Assembly: GCA_051362555.1 (NCBI GenBank)
Contig: CM120644.1
Coordinates: 18,808,534 to 18,872,533 of the forward strand
Length of the DNA: 64,000 nucleotides
Direction of reading: 5' to 3'
Source of the DNA: Lingula anatina
Taxonomy: Eukaryota > Animalia > Brachiopoda
Part shown: piece by piece, positions 12,756 to 26,390 of the stretch
How positions within the stretch are numbered: position 1 is the stretch's first letter
How the letters are laid out: every line of letters begins with the position of its first letter
Translations under genes and position numbers: made by a program
The notes under the pieces: model-generated
Databases searched by the model: none
Seen by the model: the letters and a program-made list of their open reading frames with translations, nothing else
Told to the model about the DNA's origin: nothing

Positions 12756-13430
12756 TCTTCAGTTCTGATTCTGATGGTCCATCATCTTCATCGGAACTAA
12801 CAGTGATGAGTGTCTCCTTAACAAAGAAAGGAAAAAAAGGTGTACAAAGATGACAAATACATTTATATCAGGTTGATAATAATAATAATAATAATAATAA
12901 TAATATGTTTATTGAGATAGCAACCAAAAGGTTGAAGTTTTACATAAAATGAGGATAGCATAAAAAGTACAAAATTCATATTACAATATTTATGTAAGAT
13001 ATAAAATATGCGATAAGATAATGTATCCACATATAAATAAAAATGAAAATAAAAAGTACAGACATCTAAAAGTATGGATAAGAGTAACTGAATAAAGTGA
13101 AGTACAATTAAATAAAAACCAAAATGAGTTCAGATTTCCCATTTTCTTCAGAAATTAACTACCGTACATCATATTGAATTGTCAGAATAATGATTTTCAC
13201 AGTTTTTTACCTCTTTTCTTGAACGCCTTGCAGCATGTGATCTTATAGTACCAGCTGGAAACATCTTGAAACAATGCAGACACTTTATTTCTCTTTGATT
13301 TTCCATCTCCAAATTGTCAACCTTCAGAGGTAGGCTTTTCTGCATGGGTCTTACATAGATTCTTCCAGTCGTGGTTAGGCCTGCTAAATATGAGACATCA
13401 CAGGACCCAGTACAGTACAGTGTCAGAATT
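12756..13430 (-). pseudogene. Spliced coding remnant of uncertain identity
   Basis: Reads ...DVSYLAGLTTTGRIYVRPMQKSLPL...KCLHCFKMF...IRSHA, plus an AG/GT-bounded acidic exon ETLITVSSDEDDGPSESELK (~12756-12816). It resembles, from memory only, N-terminal regions of repetitive G2E3/HECT-like proteins. Confidence 0.35.
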
Positions 13431-13658
13431 CCGTGGTATTGACTGTGACGTCGGCGCAAGGGTAGCCAAGACCATTGACATGAGCGCCATTTAGCGTCAA
13501 ATCTAGTTGCGTTTTCACGACTAGTCATATTTTGCCATGTAGTAGAAAAACATTAAAGAAACATAAGTAAACATATCAATTCGATCTAATGAAAATAAGT
13601 ACTGTACAACTTTATTGCATAGAAAATGACCCACACAGCAGCTACACAAGATTTCTTA

Positions 13659-14040
13659 CCACTCTGTTTTATATTTTTGAACTTCTTCCTAATCTCCACC
13701 CCATCACGGCTTACAAAAGGATTTTGGCTGTAATTTATAAGTCAAAATTGTCCAAATTAATATAATCTTTAAGCATTTATTTCAACACATACAGTTACCC
13801 AAAGAAACAAGAAATATAAATTTTGTATAAAAAGAATTATGCTTTTCATATATAGAATTTTTATACTGAATTTCAGGATACCTTTTAAAGAGGTGTCTGT
13901 ACCTGTTAATTACTGCTGCAATTTGATCCCATTTTTTCTTGTCTGCTAAAGTAACTTTGGTTGAAAATTTGGCCTCTAATATAGCTTTGCACTTATGATA
14001 TTTCCACTTCCACTATTATTATCTCTTCTGTTTTGGGGAG
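13659..14040 (-). pseudogene. Decayed paralog of Harbinger Myb/SANT exons 2-3
   Basis: KTEEIIIVE..KAILEAKFSTKVTLADKKKWDQIAAVIN | SQNPFVSRDGVEIRKKFKNIKQS. The exons and the intervening intron align with 6008-6434. Frameshifted. Confidence 0.75.
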
Positions 14041-14679
14041 TTTGACTATTTTAAAGCAACAGAATTTTTATAATGAAGCAAGCTCTATTTGAAGACAACT
14101 TTACCAAATGAATTCAGAATGGCAATACGATCATCTGAAGAATTTGTGAATTTATCTACTACATCGGTGGAAATCAACCGAATAGGATGAATGCTAGTAC
14201 CTGATGAAGAAATGAAAAGCATTTCTGAAATTACACTAAGACCTTGCAATAGCTTTGTTCAAACTGGGTTTCCACATTTGTCAGTTACAAAATAAGGCAC
14301 GTTCCATCCTACCATATCTTTCTGAAAACATGCTTATTCGGAATCATTAAAGGTAAGGTAAGATATGAAATTCCAAAAAAGGGATCAATATCAGTTTTAA
14401 TTGATTCTTCTGGGTTATAATTCTCCATGTTAAAGCCTAATTTTTTGTGTTTATTAGAAAAATAAAATGCCATAGTTTTTAACTATGGTAAGTTCCTTCA
14501 AGTTTCTTCTTCTGACAAAAATGTATAACATTCCAACATTCTCTGTTGTGATCAGAGGGTGCAGGGCAGACTCGCATAGTTGTTGTAGGCTGCTCTGCAC
14601 GCTCTCTCTCCAGCAGTCATTGTGGATCTGCTGTTGCCCTGGATCTGTAAGAGAAATACTCTCAGCATAAACAACCTAA

Positions 14680-15075
14680 TTAGACCCATAAAATGGCTTG
14701 AGGTTGTCATAATGCATGAATCTGGGTTTAGTTTTTCACTGCATCTGAAATGTTGACGTAACCACTTGACTGCACATGTACAAAACTTTCCTTTTCCTGA
14801 TGGTCTGTCCTGGCTTCTGTTTGCTTTTGTCACTCCTGGTTTACCCATAAGAGCCTGTATGAACTAAACCCCCCCCCCCCCCCCCCCAACCTCCGAACTT
14901 CCCTCCACTGTGTGCTTCTACAATTCCTGAAAGCCTGCATTGGCATTATTGTTCTGCTGCAACAGCCTGTGTCAATGTTTCTTTTACAATATATGAGTGG
15001 CCTTTTCACAAATTGGCTGAAAATATCTATTATTTCTAACATGCATTTATACCCATTCCTTTCAATACCTCCCTT
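14680..15075 (-). pseudogene. Degraded retroviral-type integrase fragments (Gypsy/Ginger-like)
   Basis: GYKCMLEIIDIFSQFVKRPL resembles the rve core around the first strands. MHYDNLKPF resembles an integrase C-terminal motif. Multiple stops and frameshifts. Confidence 0.45.
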
Positions 15076-15340
15076 ATTGATTGAATCTGTGGTTAAATAA
15101 GTTGTATTTTATTTATTTATTTGTTTATTTATTTATTTATTCCCAAATGTACATGCCATAGTCTAGCTTTTAAAAATTAAAATTGTGAATATATCATTAC
15201 ATAGAAGACAGTAATCCATATATATTGTTTTATAGCTTTTTATGTACAGACACAGATCTGTCTGTACATATAGCCATCATCTGCGTCTGTCGTCGCCGTC
15301 GCTGTCGCCGTCGTCGCCGTCGCCGTCGCCGTGCACTTTT

Positions 15341-16460
15341 ACCGATAACACGATAAATGGAAAACTGTTTTTTCTTTTGGTATGAAACTTACAGAACTGA
15401 TGAATATTCATAATACGCAGGTCAAGTTCGAAAATCAGCATGATCGGGTCACTTTTAGGGAATTTATGCTGTTTTTTCACTTTTTTCAACATATATGCAG
15501 CACCGATAACACGATAAGTGAAAAACCATTTTACCTTTTGGCTTGAAAGTTACAGAACTGATGAATATTCATAATACGCAGGTCAAGTTCGAAAATCAGC
15601 ATGATCGGGTCATTTTTAGGGAATTTATGCTGTTTTTTCACTTTTTTCAGCATATATGCAACCCCGATAACACGATAAGTGGAAAACCATCCTACCTTTT
15701 GGCTTGAAACTTACAAAACTGATTAATATTCATAATACACAGGTCAAGTTCGAAAATCAGCATGATTGGGTCATTTTTAGGGAATTTATGCTGTTTTTTC
15801 ACTATTTTTCAGCATATATGCAGCACCGATAACACCATAAGTGGAAAACCAATTTACCTTTTGGCTTGAAACTTGTAGAACTGATAAATATTCATAATAC
15901 GCAAGTCAAGTTCGAAAATCAGCATGATTCGATTATTGTTAGGGAATTTATGCTCTTTTTTCACTTTTTTCAGCATATATGCAGCACTGATAACACAATA
16001 AGTGGAAAACTGTTTTTTCATTTGGCTTGAAACTTACAGAACTAATGAATATTCATAATACGCAGGTCAAGTTTGAAAATCAGCAAGATCGGACAATTTT
16101 TATGGAAGTTATCCTGTTTTTTTTTTTTTTTGTTTTTTTTTTTCAATTTTTTCAGCACTTTTATAACACCGATAACATGATAAGTGTAAAAATGTTTTTC
16201 CTTTCCTTGGATTGAAATTTACAGAACTGGTGAATATTTATTATATGCAGGTCAAGTTTGAAAATTGGCATGATTGGACTATTTTTACAAAAGTAATGCT
16301 GTTTTTTTCCCTTTATTCAGCATACATGCAACACTGATAACGCATTTTAAGGAAAACCAATCAGCCTTTTGTCTTGCAACTCACAGGAGTGATCAATCTG
16401 ACCAGTATACAGATCAAGTTTGAAAATAAGCTTGATCAGTTAAGTTTTGATGAAGTTATT
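15341..16460 (+). repeat. Tandem array of ~162-bp satellite-like units (~7 copies, diverging 3'-wards)
   Basis: Recurring core ACCGATAACACGATAA...GAAACTTACAGAACTGATGAATATTCATAATACGCAGGTCAAGTTCGAAAATCAGCATGATCGG near 15341, 15502, 15664, 15825, 15986, 16168, 16333. Confidence 0.92.
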
Positions 16461-17306
16461 AGCCTTTTTGTATATAAGTGGTTTTTCTTCAGATTTAATT
16501 CTTAAGCATGTTAACAGTCTCATAACGGTACTAATTGGATATGTTAAAGTGTTGTTTTAACATTTTCTGCTTCTTAACAATATTGTTAGTTGATTATATA
16601 AAAATGACGGTAAACCTATTATCCTGCATTGTGTAATAAAGTATCAAAAATGGAAAGGAACTCATCATTGCAGTTCGTCAGATTCAATCATTCACTATGT
16701 TCAGAATCTCCAAATGGAGCTAATTGGACATTATAAATTGTTCTATTGATATTTTTCCTATGTCAACAATTTTCCTAGTTGATCATTTAAAAATGTCAGT
16801 TAATTGATGATGGTTTTATGTTAAAAAGGTGTTGAAAATGGAAAGAAAATCATTTCAGTACAGTTATCTCTTGTTAACATTTTGGCATTTTGAAAGTGTG
16901 ACCCTAACTTCCATGTCCTTGGAGACCTTTCCATGAATATCCATGATACTTTTATTTTTTTATAAAAAATTTGATGGTCATTATGCTGTTAAGTATTATG
17001 TTATATTGCATGAAAGTTAAAGAAAACCCTATTTTGGACACTGCTGCCAGGATAGCGATTAAGGGAAAACCATGTTACTTATGATAATCAACCTTACTGA
17101 AAAGAGTGAAGTGCAGCTTGTGTTGGAAAACCATCGTAATTGTTTTCTGTTTTGAAAGCAATGCAGTACAGTGCTATTTGGTGCAATAAATGTATATGGA
17201 TAGTAGGCAGTTAATTCAGGGTTATAAAATAATTTGCTTAATTGATTTTCAAGTTATTTCAGGGTTATAAAATAATTTGCTTAATTAATTTTCAAGTGGA
17301 TATTAA

Positions 17307-19439
17307 GGCCACTAATAGTAAAAGGACCAAAGTCATAGAAACAAAGCCCTGGGCTTATAAGTTTTTATAAAAAATTAAAACAAACTTCCCAAAAGGCCAA
17401 TTAAAGACGGGGATTAAGTACAGTGTCCAACGGATAACGCTCTGGTGCCAATTTGAGGGGAAAAATGCCGTTTTCGGTATTGGGATTTTCTCCATAACCA
17501 AGACAGCTATTCAAATGATTCAAAAGGCCTCATAAAGTTGGGTGAAAGCACTACAGCAGGGTACCAGGGAATTGTCTTAAACTTTTTACTTTTGATTTTA
17601 TCATCTTTTACGTTAAATCAGCCCATATTTCAATGGGTTATTCAATTCAAAAGGCGATAACTTTCAAACAAACAATTTCCTCTTAAACCCCTGATATCAT
17701 GCTGTAGTCCACATTCCTAACAACAATAGGTGCAACTTTTGTAACGATCGGTTGCTCAGATAGTGAGATATACTTGGCAGCGATTCACTTATCTCGTCAA
17801 TATAGAAAGCTGTTAAAACAGCCAAAAACGTTCACAGGTTGGTTAACAGGGCTTATTAGTCAAATGCTAAGCTGGCAAATTTACCTGTTATCGGTTATAC
17901 GATCAGATGGAACCATTGCTTATTGTCATCTAAAAATATTTTGTTTGGGTGCTTTGAAGGGGCAGAAAATCGTGCTTTTGTTACATTTTCCGACCACTCG
18001 TTAGGCATGTAAGCGTGCCGCCATTTTGATTGACAGCTCTGGAGAGGGCCCTAGCCTAGTGATGCCCCGTAGGGTGTCAAGGATATGTAGAAGGAAGCGC
18101 TAACAAAGGCGATTACGTTTAAACGCAATTAAGAGGTGTGAAGTTGCATTTGAACGTTTCAATGGCTCTTCTTCGGCAATCGAGTAATTTTACCTGAGAG
18201 ATTCCTTCTTTGTTATCGGCAAAGTGATCAGATAAAACTGTGTCGAGAGCAAGTGTCCGTCACTTGTGTTAATACGAGTTTTTTGACGGGTAACGCTGCA
18301 GGATTATTATGCACGACACTTGGTAATCGTCAGATCAACGGAAAAATCCAGTGATTACTTCAGAGCGGTCTCTCTCAAAATGCCAGCTAAGATAAAGGGG
18401 AGACGCTCAGCTGCACAAGATTCAGCGGTAAAAGTGGCTGAGAGAAGGCTTTTGAATAAATATTTTATTTTTACACATATGACACTTAGACCCTATTTGC
18501 TTTTTACCTGCTAGTCTTGACTATTTTCGGGGTCTTTTTGTGATTTTCATTTTTGGATACATTTTGAACTCTTTCTTCCCGCTTGATCAGTGATTTTGAA
18601 ATTGTTTTTCTCCAAACATCGCAAAATGCAAAGCCGCTAACATGCGTTTTTATTTTTATTGTTTTAATCATGCTGTCAACCCTTGCTTGGATTTCTCTCG
18701 TTTGGCCATTCACATCACATTTTTTCGCGTATCTCTCAAGCTCCATGATATCATATCTTTTAGAATAAAATTTTATTTTGTCAACATTAGATTTACCTTT
18801 TGCAAACGGCGACCAACAATCATTTCCGGTTTCGTAACGTGTCGCACATACGCTCGCCGATATATATCGCAAAAATTAAGAGCTATGCTAAAAGTATCCT
18901 TTTTAGCGTTTTTTAAAATTTATTTATCGATTTTTCTTTCATTTGTCAATTAATTTAGGCGATTCGATTAACTCTTTCACCCATTTATTAGGTATACAGA
19001 AATCAGTTATCCGACTGAACAAATAGGGCCGGTTTTCCCCAACCGCAACGCTTAGGCCCTACTCTCTTTCAAAATTTTCTCTTTCCTCTGGAAATGGACT
19101 TTTAACACGAACTTTTCTCTTCCCCATAGTGTACTAGCTAGACTTCTTCGCTGCTAAGCTGATGTAAGACTTATGACCTATTACCGCACACGTAATCGGC
19201 TTATAACTCATTAACTGTGCTCCGACCCCCTCATGGCAACGGCCCTTAGTAACAGAGGCGTGGCTTAGTTGTCAGCCTGACTGGGGCGCGTGCCAGTTGA
19301 AAAACTCATCAAAAGACACATTTTGCGATGCAAATTCATAAAAATTATTACATCCAACGTTAGATACTTTTTTGATTAATATAAACACACAAAAAACTCA
19401 AAAACATGATTTTAAGCGTATTTAACCCTATCACCGGCC
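17307..19439 (-). mobile_element. Non-autonomous Kolobok-type transposon (copy 1)
   Basis: TTAA on both sides and GG...CC termini. The ~1.1-kb and ~0.4-kb ends are near-identical, inverted, to 47322-49906. Retains starts of both genes (MGKRKVRVK minus near 19126; MPAKIKGRRSAAQ plus at 18380). Confidence 0.8.
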
Positions 19440-20159
19440 TTAAATGAGATTACATAAACACACATTGAGATTTCATTGTAAAGTCCCATCGGTTTAGCTT
19501 TCTTAACTGTGTCACATAATTAGGAATCGATGATTATTATGCAGGTAAATGTTATTTAATATGGAAAATAAGTTTACAAAAAAAAAAATTTGTGTAACGC
19601 TTACATTAATGCTAAAGATGAATAACAGTGCCTTATTATTCTCAAACTCAATAGGGTTATTCATATCATGTTAGTAATTGTACAGCTAGATTAAAAGTTT
19701 GAATAGCAGCTTTATTGGTATTTTTTGTTATGTTTTATTTTACATTTTCTTTTAATTTTTTATGCTGTTTTTTCACTTTTTTCAACATATATGCAACATT
19801 AATAACACAATATAAGAAAAACAGCTTAGCCAATTGTCATTATACTCACAGGAGTGGTCAATCTTACAAAAATGCATGTTGAGTTCGAAAATCAGTGTTA
19901 TCGGGCCATTATTTTAGAAGTTGTACTGTTTTTTCAAATTTCCTCAGATTCAATTCTTAGGCATGTTAACAGTCTCATTATTGAACTAATAAGATACGTA
20001 AAAGTGTGTGTTTGATATTTCCTGCATCTTTACAACATTGTTAGTTGATTATGTAAAAATGATGGTAAACTTGTTATCATGTATTGTGTAATCAAGTGTC
20101 CAAAACGGAAATAAACTCATATCATTGCAGTTTGTCAGATTCAATCATCCACATCTGCC

Positions 20160-22745
20160 CTGATGGGAAAACCGTGTTCGTTATGATTGTCAAACTTTCA
20201 AAAAAGAAACACAGGACTAAAATGCAGCCCAAGTTGGAAAAGCAGTCTAATGGGCTTCTTTTTCTGGAAGTTATTCATTTTAGTGAAATATTCATTATCT
20301 TTTTGGCATATTCATTGTGGGACTCGGAGCTCCCATGGACATGAAGCCGGATGGTAATCAAATTTTCTACATGTTCATGCTATTTATAGTCAATAATCAA
20401 AAATTGGTGATAATTATTCTATAATTTATTATGTAATGTTACATCAAAATTGACAATAATCTTTTTGCACTGCTACTGCAAACATTATGAAAGAAAACTG
20501 TGTTATTTATTATTATATTTAACTTAAGAGTATGATTTTTAGGATTGGCATGCAGTTCAAATTAGAAAGCCAGGTCAGTTGGGTTATCATTTATTATTGA
20601 ATTTAATGCAATTTTGTGTGAAATTTCATTTTTCTCATTCTGGCACTTTCTAAGTATAAACTTGAACTCTGATGGGCCTGAAGCCTTATGCTTTTACTCT
20701 CATCGGTGTTACCTGTTGTGCAAAATTAAAATTTGATGTTGACTGTGCAGTTAAACATAATGTATTATTGCATCAGAAGTGGTAGTCTCCTATTTTGTGC
20801 ATTATTGTTTTGTGCTCTTCTTAAGTTGTGACTTATGGGCCTGAAAGACCTTTGAGAGGGTCAGTCTATAAATTTCCCTTGGGTATCACTTCGCTAATTT
20901 CAGTTATAAAGTAATTTGCCTAATTGATAGGCTACATAAAGCACACTTGTGATTTGAGATTACATAAAGCACACTTGTTGATATTTCCCTGTAAACTCCC
21001 ATAGGTTAAGCTCTCTGCTAGATTAATAATAAGGAAGCAGTGATAATTATGCAGGTAAATTTTGTTTAATATTGCAAATAAGTTTTATATATATATATAT
21101 ATATATATATCAAACTGAAAGATTAAAAGTTTGAATAGCAGCTTCATTGGAATTATATTTACCTCTGCCAAGGAGGTTATATTTTCACCCCTGTTTGTCA
21201 TCAACATAACTCAAAAAGTTATGGACCGATTTTGCTGAAATTTTCAGGAACTGTCAGAAGTGGGCCAAAGAGGACAAAAATCAATAATAATCAACAATTG
21301 CTACCTTGTTCACATATTGGCATTTTCAATGTATGACTTTGAAGTTCCATGATCCTGAAGACCTTTGCTTGTCACATTTTCTGAATATGCGTTATACTAA
21401 TATTTTATAATTAAAAATTGATGGTCATTATGCTGTTAAACATTATGTAATGTTGCATCAAAATTTGAAGAAACCCCTGTTTTGGGCACTGCTCCCATGA
21501 TGACCATTTAAGAAAAATCGTGTCAATTACTGTTCTCAAACTTACAGGAAAGAAACATGGGTCTAAAATACAGCTTCAGTAGGCAATGCAGTCTGTTTGG
21601 TAAATTTTTCTGGCAATTAAACAGTTTTTTGTGAAAATGTAATTTTTCACATATTGGCATTTCCAAGGTGTGACTTAGAACCTCCACGGGCTTGAAGACC
21701 CATGCTAGTCACATTTTCTGAAAATTCATGACACTTATATTTTATTATTAAAAATCGATGGTCATTATGCCGTTAAGCATTATGTAATGTTGCATCAAAA
21801 TAGAAGAAAACACAATTTTGGGTGCTGCTGCCTTGATGACCGTTATGAGAAAACTGTGTTACTTATGACTGTCAAACTTTCAAAAAAGAAACACAGGACT
21901 AAAATGCAGCCTGAGTTGGAAAAGCAGTCTAATTGGCTTCTTTTTCTGGAAGCTATACATTTTAGTGTAATATTCATTATCTTTTTGGCATATTCATTGT
22001 GGGACTCAGAGCTCCCATGAACATGAAGCCGAATGGTAATCATATTTTCTACATGTCCATCCTATTTATAGTCAATAAACAAAAATTGGTGATAATTATT
22101 CTCTAATTTATTACGTAATGTTACATCAAAATTGACAACAATCTTTTTGCACTGCTACTGCAAACATTATGAAAAGAAAACTGTGCTACTTATTATCATT
22201 TTTAACTTACAAGTACGATTTTTAGGATTGGCCTTCAGCTCATATGAGAAAACCAGCTCTATTGGATTATCATTTTTATTGAATTTATGCATTTTTTGTG
22301 AAATTTTCATTTTTCTCATTCTGGCACTTTCTAAGTATAAACTTGAACTCCGATGGGCCTGAAGCCTTATGCTTTTAATTTCGTCTGTGTTACCTGTTGT
22401 GCATAAGTTGATGTTGACTGTGCAGTTAAACATAATGTATTATTGCATCAGGATTGGTAGTCTCCTATTTTGGGCATTATGGTTTTGTGCTTTTCTTAAA
22501 GTGTGACTTATGGGCCTAAAGACCTTTGAGTGGGTCAGTCTGTAAATTACCCTTGGGTATCACTAAATTAATTTCAGAGTTATAAAGTCATTTGCCTTAA
22601 TAGGCCATTAAATGAGATTACATAAAGCACACTTGTTGATATTTCCCTGTAAACTCCCAAAGGTAAAGCTCTCTGCTAGATTAATAATAAGGAAGCAGTG
22701 ATAATTATGAAGGTAAATTTTGTTTAATATTGCAAATAAGTTTTA

Positions 22746-22791
<46 letters not shown>

Positions 22792-22970
22792 AACTGGAAG
22801 ATTAAAAGTTTGAATAGCATCTTCATTGGAATTATATTTACCTCAAGCTCTGCCAAGGAGGTCATATTTTCACCCCCGTTTGTCTGTCATCCACATAACA
22901 CAAAAAGTTATGGACTGATTTTGCAGAAATTTTCAGGAACTGTCGGAAGTGGGCCAAAGAGGACAATGTT
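20160..22970 (+). repeat. ~1.7-kb tandem duplication (about 20160-21290 vs 21845-22970)
   Basis: Colinear high-identity blocks, e.g. CAAACTTTCAAAAAAGAAACACAGGACTAAAATGCAGCC at ~20190 and ~21873, including a (TA)n tract and the HINE insertion. Confidence 0.85.
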
Positions 22971-23072
22971 TAATTTTTGGTGGTGGTCTGGAACAATAAT
23001 CAATCAATTATCAATAATAATCAACAATTGCTGCCTTGGCAGAGGTCTGCACTCTCAAAGTGCTTTTCTAGC
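22837..23072 (+). mobile_element. Short HINE/Helentron-type element (truncated sister copy at ~21158-21300)
   Basis: Subterminal inverted repeat CTCTGCCAAGG / CCTTGGCAGAG, 3' hairpin GCACT-CTCAA-AGTGC followed by TTTTCTAG. Confidence 0.6.
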
Positions 23073-25876
23073 TTTGTTATGTTTTCCTTTATAATTTTTT
23101 CTCAAACACTTGCATTTGTGACTTTTAACTCTCATCTGCCTGGGGCTCTGCACATTTTCTGTATTTCCACATAAGCAGTTGTATTGTTTTTTATGTCTTT
23201 AAACATTATGTAATATTATTTTATGCACTGTCATCATTTTTCAAATATTGAGAGTTTCATAATGTGAATTTGAACTCTCATGGTCCTGAAACTGTAATTT
23301 TATTGAAGGGGTGGACCATCTTCTGGGTCTTCCTGAAGACAGTCAGGTTATTAAGTTTATATTGACTGGTATCTATTTTTTTCTGTTGGAAGACCATCAA
23401 AATGGAGGATGGATCAACATAGATACTTTGTAATACTGTCAGAAAATATCTCTGGGTCTGCTCCTGTTATTGACCATGTTACCTGTTGTGCAAGATTAAA
23501 ATTAAGTGTTGACTGACAGTGCTATTAGAAGCATTATTTATTATTGCATCAAAATTGACAAAATGACCTTTTTTGCATCTTTATTTTCTGTTTTTTGTCT
23601 GTACATTTGACAGCTTTGCTGCCTTGTTACATATATTTTTCTGACTTGCCACATAACCTATGTCAACATCATTGCATTGGGAGCAATTTTCAGTCTGTTG
23701 AAAAATTATTTTAATTTACAGACATACCTGTATGCTCAAGTATTATATGCCACCAATCATATTTTTTACTGCATTTGGGGCCTGTTAATTAAGAACTTTA
23801 ATGTTTTCTACAAGCATCTAAATGTTTCTTAATAATGTCAATCTTTTCATTACAAAATCCTTTTTTGTTTTTGTTACTGTACTTGTGTTATCATCTGTAT
23901 ATGAAAGGCTCTGGGAATTGTTAAATCTTTATGATTATATTAATTAATTATAAGATATATTCAGTAATTGTTTATATATAACGTACCAGTAATTACGTTT
24001 ACAATGTAGTAGTTATTGTCTTAAAAGTTTATGATCTAATATGAGCAATTCACAATCGGTATTTTGGAGTTCATGCAAAGGATGATTTTTATTGTGAACT
24101 AACATGAATAGACAGCAGGATCTGTGATGATCAAAAGTGTGGTGTTTTAATAATCCAGAAGCATCTAAGTATACCACAAGTGAATGGAGTCTTATTCTTT
24201 GAATTAAGCATTCAATGTTGTCTTATAGTTGTAATTTTCTGAACTATGGAAGAGGATTGGCGTATACAGTGGCCATAATTTAAAAAAAAACATTTGTGAA
24301 ACAACAGCTTTTTTTAATATATAATGTAGTTTTTCCACTATCCAAATTGTTTGTGGTACACAATTACACAATACAAATGCACCTTATAATATATACATAT
24401 TATTTGACAGTTGTTTAAAAAAAACTTCAATTTTATCAAGTCAAGAGTGAGAAACATTATTTTAAGAGTTTATTCATACTATTAATTCACTAAAATACTT
24501 GATTACAGATACATTTTGTGTGATTTCTAGTTGACTATAATGCCTGAGTCAATAAGTTAAGGACGTGTTGGAATTTATGTTCAAAAATCAGAAGTTGGAA
24601 ATATATTTCTCTTTAACAGTATTGTTGGGTGTATAAATTTTATGATTTGGCAATCTTTTTAGTTTTGGATCGTTTTGTGTATTCATATTATATTCATGAA
24701 CTTTTTACATGTATAAGTTCTCTGCTACTGTATTTGATATTGTGCAAATGTTCTTTTCCCAAATGTTTTTAGATAGATTTTGTCTTATTAGAAAATTTTC
24801 TCTTGGTCTCAAAGATTGCTTAATTATCTTTTTTTTTTTTTTTCCAGTATTTTTCCACTTCTCATATTTATTATCAGTTAATGGTTAATTTATGGTTCAT
24901 AGTTTGAAATTGTTAAAAATTGTACTTATTCACATTTGTATTCAAATAGAGATAAATGTAAAGTAGAAAAAAATACTTCTAATAAAAGTATATTCTAGAG
25001 TGAGGCACTGTTTTTTGTTGTTGTCCTTAAACTAGTGTGTGATCTTCAGTAAAAATGTAAATAACTTTTTATGGGGGAATACAAGCTAGACTACATTTTC
25101 AAATTTGCATTTATTTTTATTTGGATTACCACTAAATTGGCCCATTTATGAAAAAATAATTACAGATTAAACTTGCTTATGACCTATCCTGAGGAAGTGA
25201 ACCTTAAAGGATGAGTGCAGATAACCATTGGCAAAGTGCCCATTGTCTTATTTTTAAAATAATTTGCTATTATAAAGTTTATGCATATATTTGTTGTGTA
25301 AAAAAATATTTGGTTTGAGGCATTGTAACATAGCATATTTAATGAGTTATGGGGGGGGAGGAGTAGCCAGATTTACCTGTTGTATGCAGACTAATGAATC
25401 AGTGCAACTCTTTTCAGCATATATATTACATAAATTATTTGTTTCTAATGAAACTTGTCTTGTGGTTTAAAAAAAAGTTATATGTTAAATACTTGTGGTG
25501 TGGCACAAGTAAATGGGAAAGTTATTGTTATTTTTTAATCCTAAAGAAGAGAGGGAGGGGTGGTATATTACAGTATTTTCTCACAGAAGCCATCACTGAT
25601 TTCACTATACTGTATAAAACTCTTATAACTAGGAAAACTTTTTTCAGCGTATTTATTAATTTTATATAACTTCTCTCACAGACTAGCATTTGTTGGTCTA
25701 AATTGTATTGTTAACCAATACACATTTTGTACAAGGCTCTAAGGAATAGTAAAAAATGTTAAAAGCAAAAGGCTGTTACAGTAACAACAAAAAATTATGT
25801 GTATAAAAGCACTCTAAACAGCTGTTTGGAATGTTTCCATTAACAATGAAATAAACAAGGTATAAATTGTACTAAA

Positions 25877-26390
25877 ACTAGAGGATCAGAGAGGCGATAC
25901 CGCCTTCGGGTATTGTTCCACCAGCTGGAGTAAGCGCATTTGTATGTAAAAGCAAAAAAAAGGACACCACCTCCAGTGTTGTGCTTGACAAGCTCTACAA
26001 AATGCAGTCTAGAGTTCTAAATATTTTTATTGAAAATTACAATTTAAAACAAAATCATGAGGAAAAGTAAAAGGTTAAATCCAAATTAGTGAAGTGCAAT
26101 TCATGGCAAAAAGTTGGTCAAAGGTCAATTTCATGATCACAGTTAGATTGCTAGTATATGACTTCCTATTCAAGGTCAATAGTAACTGTGTGCATATCTC
26201 TGCCAGTTTTGGAGATACAAGGGACTAAAATGTTCCAAACTTCAGTTAATGGTGAAAAGTAGGTTAAAGTCAAATTCAAGGTCACAGTTTAATTGCCAGT
26301 ATATGACTTCCTATTCAACTTCCATAGTAACTATGGACCTATCTCTGCCAGTTTTGGGGATATAAGGGACTAAATGTTACAATTTTGGAG
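25877..26390 (-). repeat. Helentron-like remnant with two ~140-bp tandem units
   Basis: AACTAGA plus hairpin AGGCG-ATAC-CGCCT at the left end. Duplicated AGTATATGACTTCCTATTCAA...TATCTCTGCCAGTTTTGG at ~26154 and ~26298. Confidence 0.45.

Larger units (their letters stand above)
15230..23628 (+). mobile_element. Helentron/HINE-like non-autonomous element with internal tandem arrays
   Basis: 5' inverted repeat ATGTACAGACA..TGTCTGTACAT (~15242-15269), then a (GTCGCC)n microsatellite and a tandem array. 3' end has the matching TGTCTGTACAT (23596-23606), hairpin GACAGC-TTT-GCTGCC and TTGTT. Confidence 0.6.

Noticed and set aside
15341-16460. Regular array resembling CRISPR
   Set aside because: Whole 162-bp units repeat with no unique spacers, no cas genes, and the context is eukaryotic.
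17307-19439. piggyBac assignment based on TTAA
   Set aside because: Termini are GG..CC (purine start) rather than CC..GG, and the protein remnant is not piggyBac-like.
20084-22433. Duplicated hydrophobic ORFs suggesting a membrane-protein pair
   Set aside because: They arise from the duplicated AT-rich satellite-derived block, have inconsistent starts and no exon structure.
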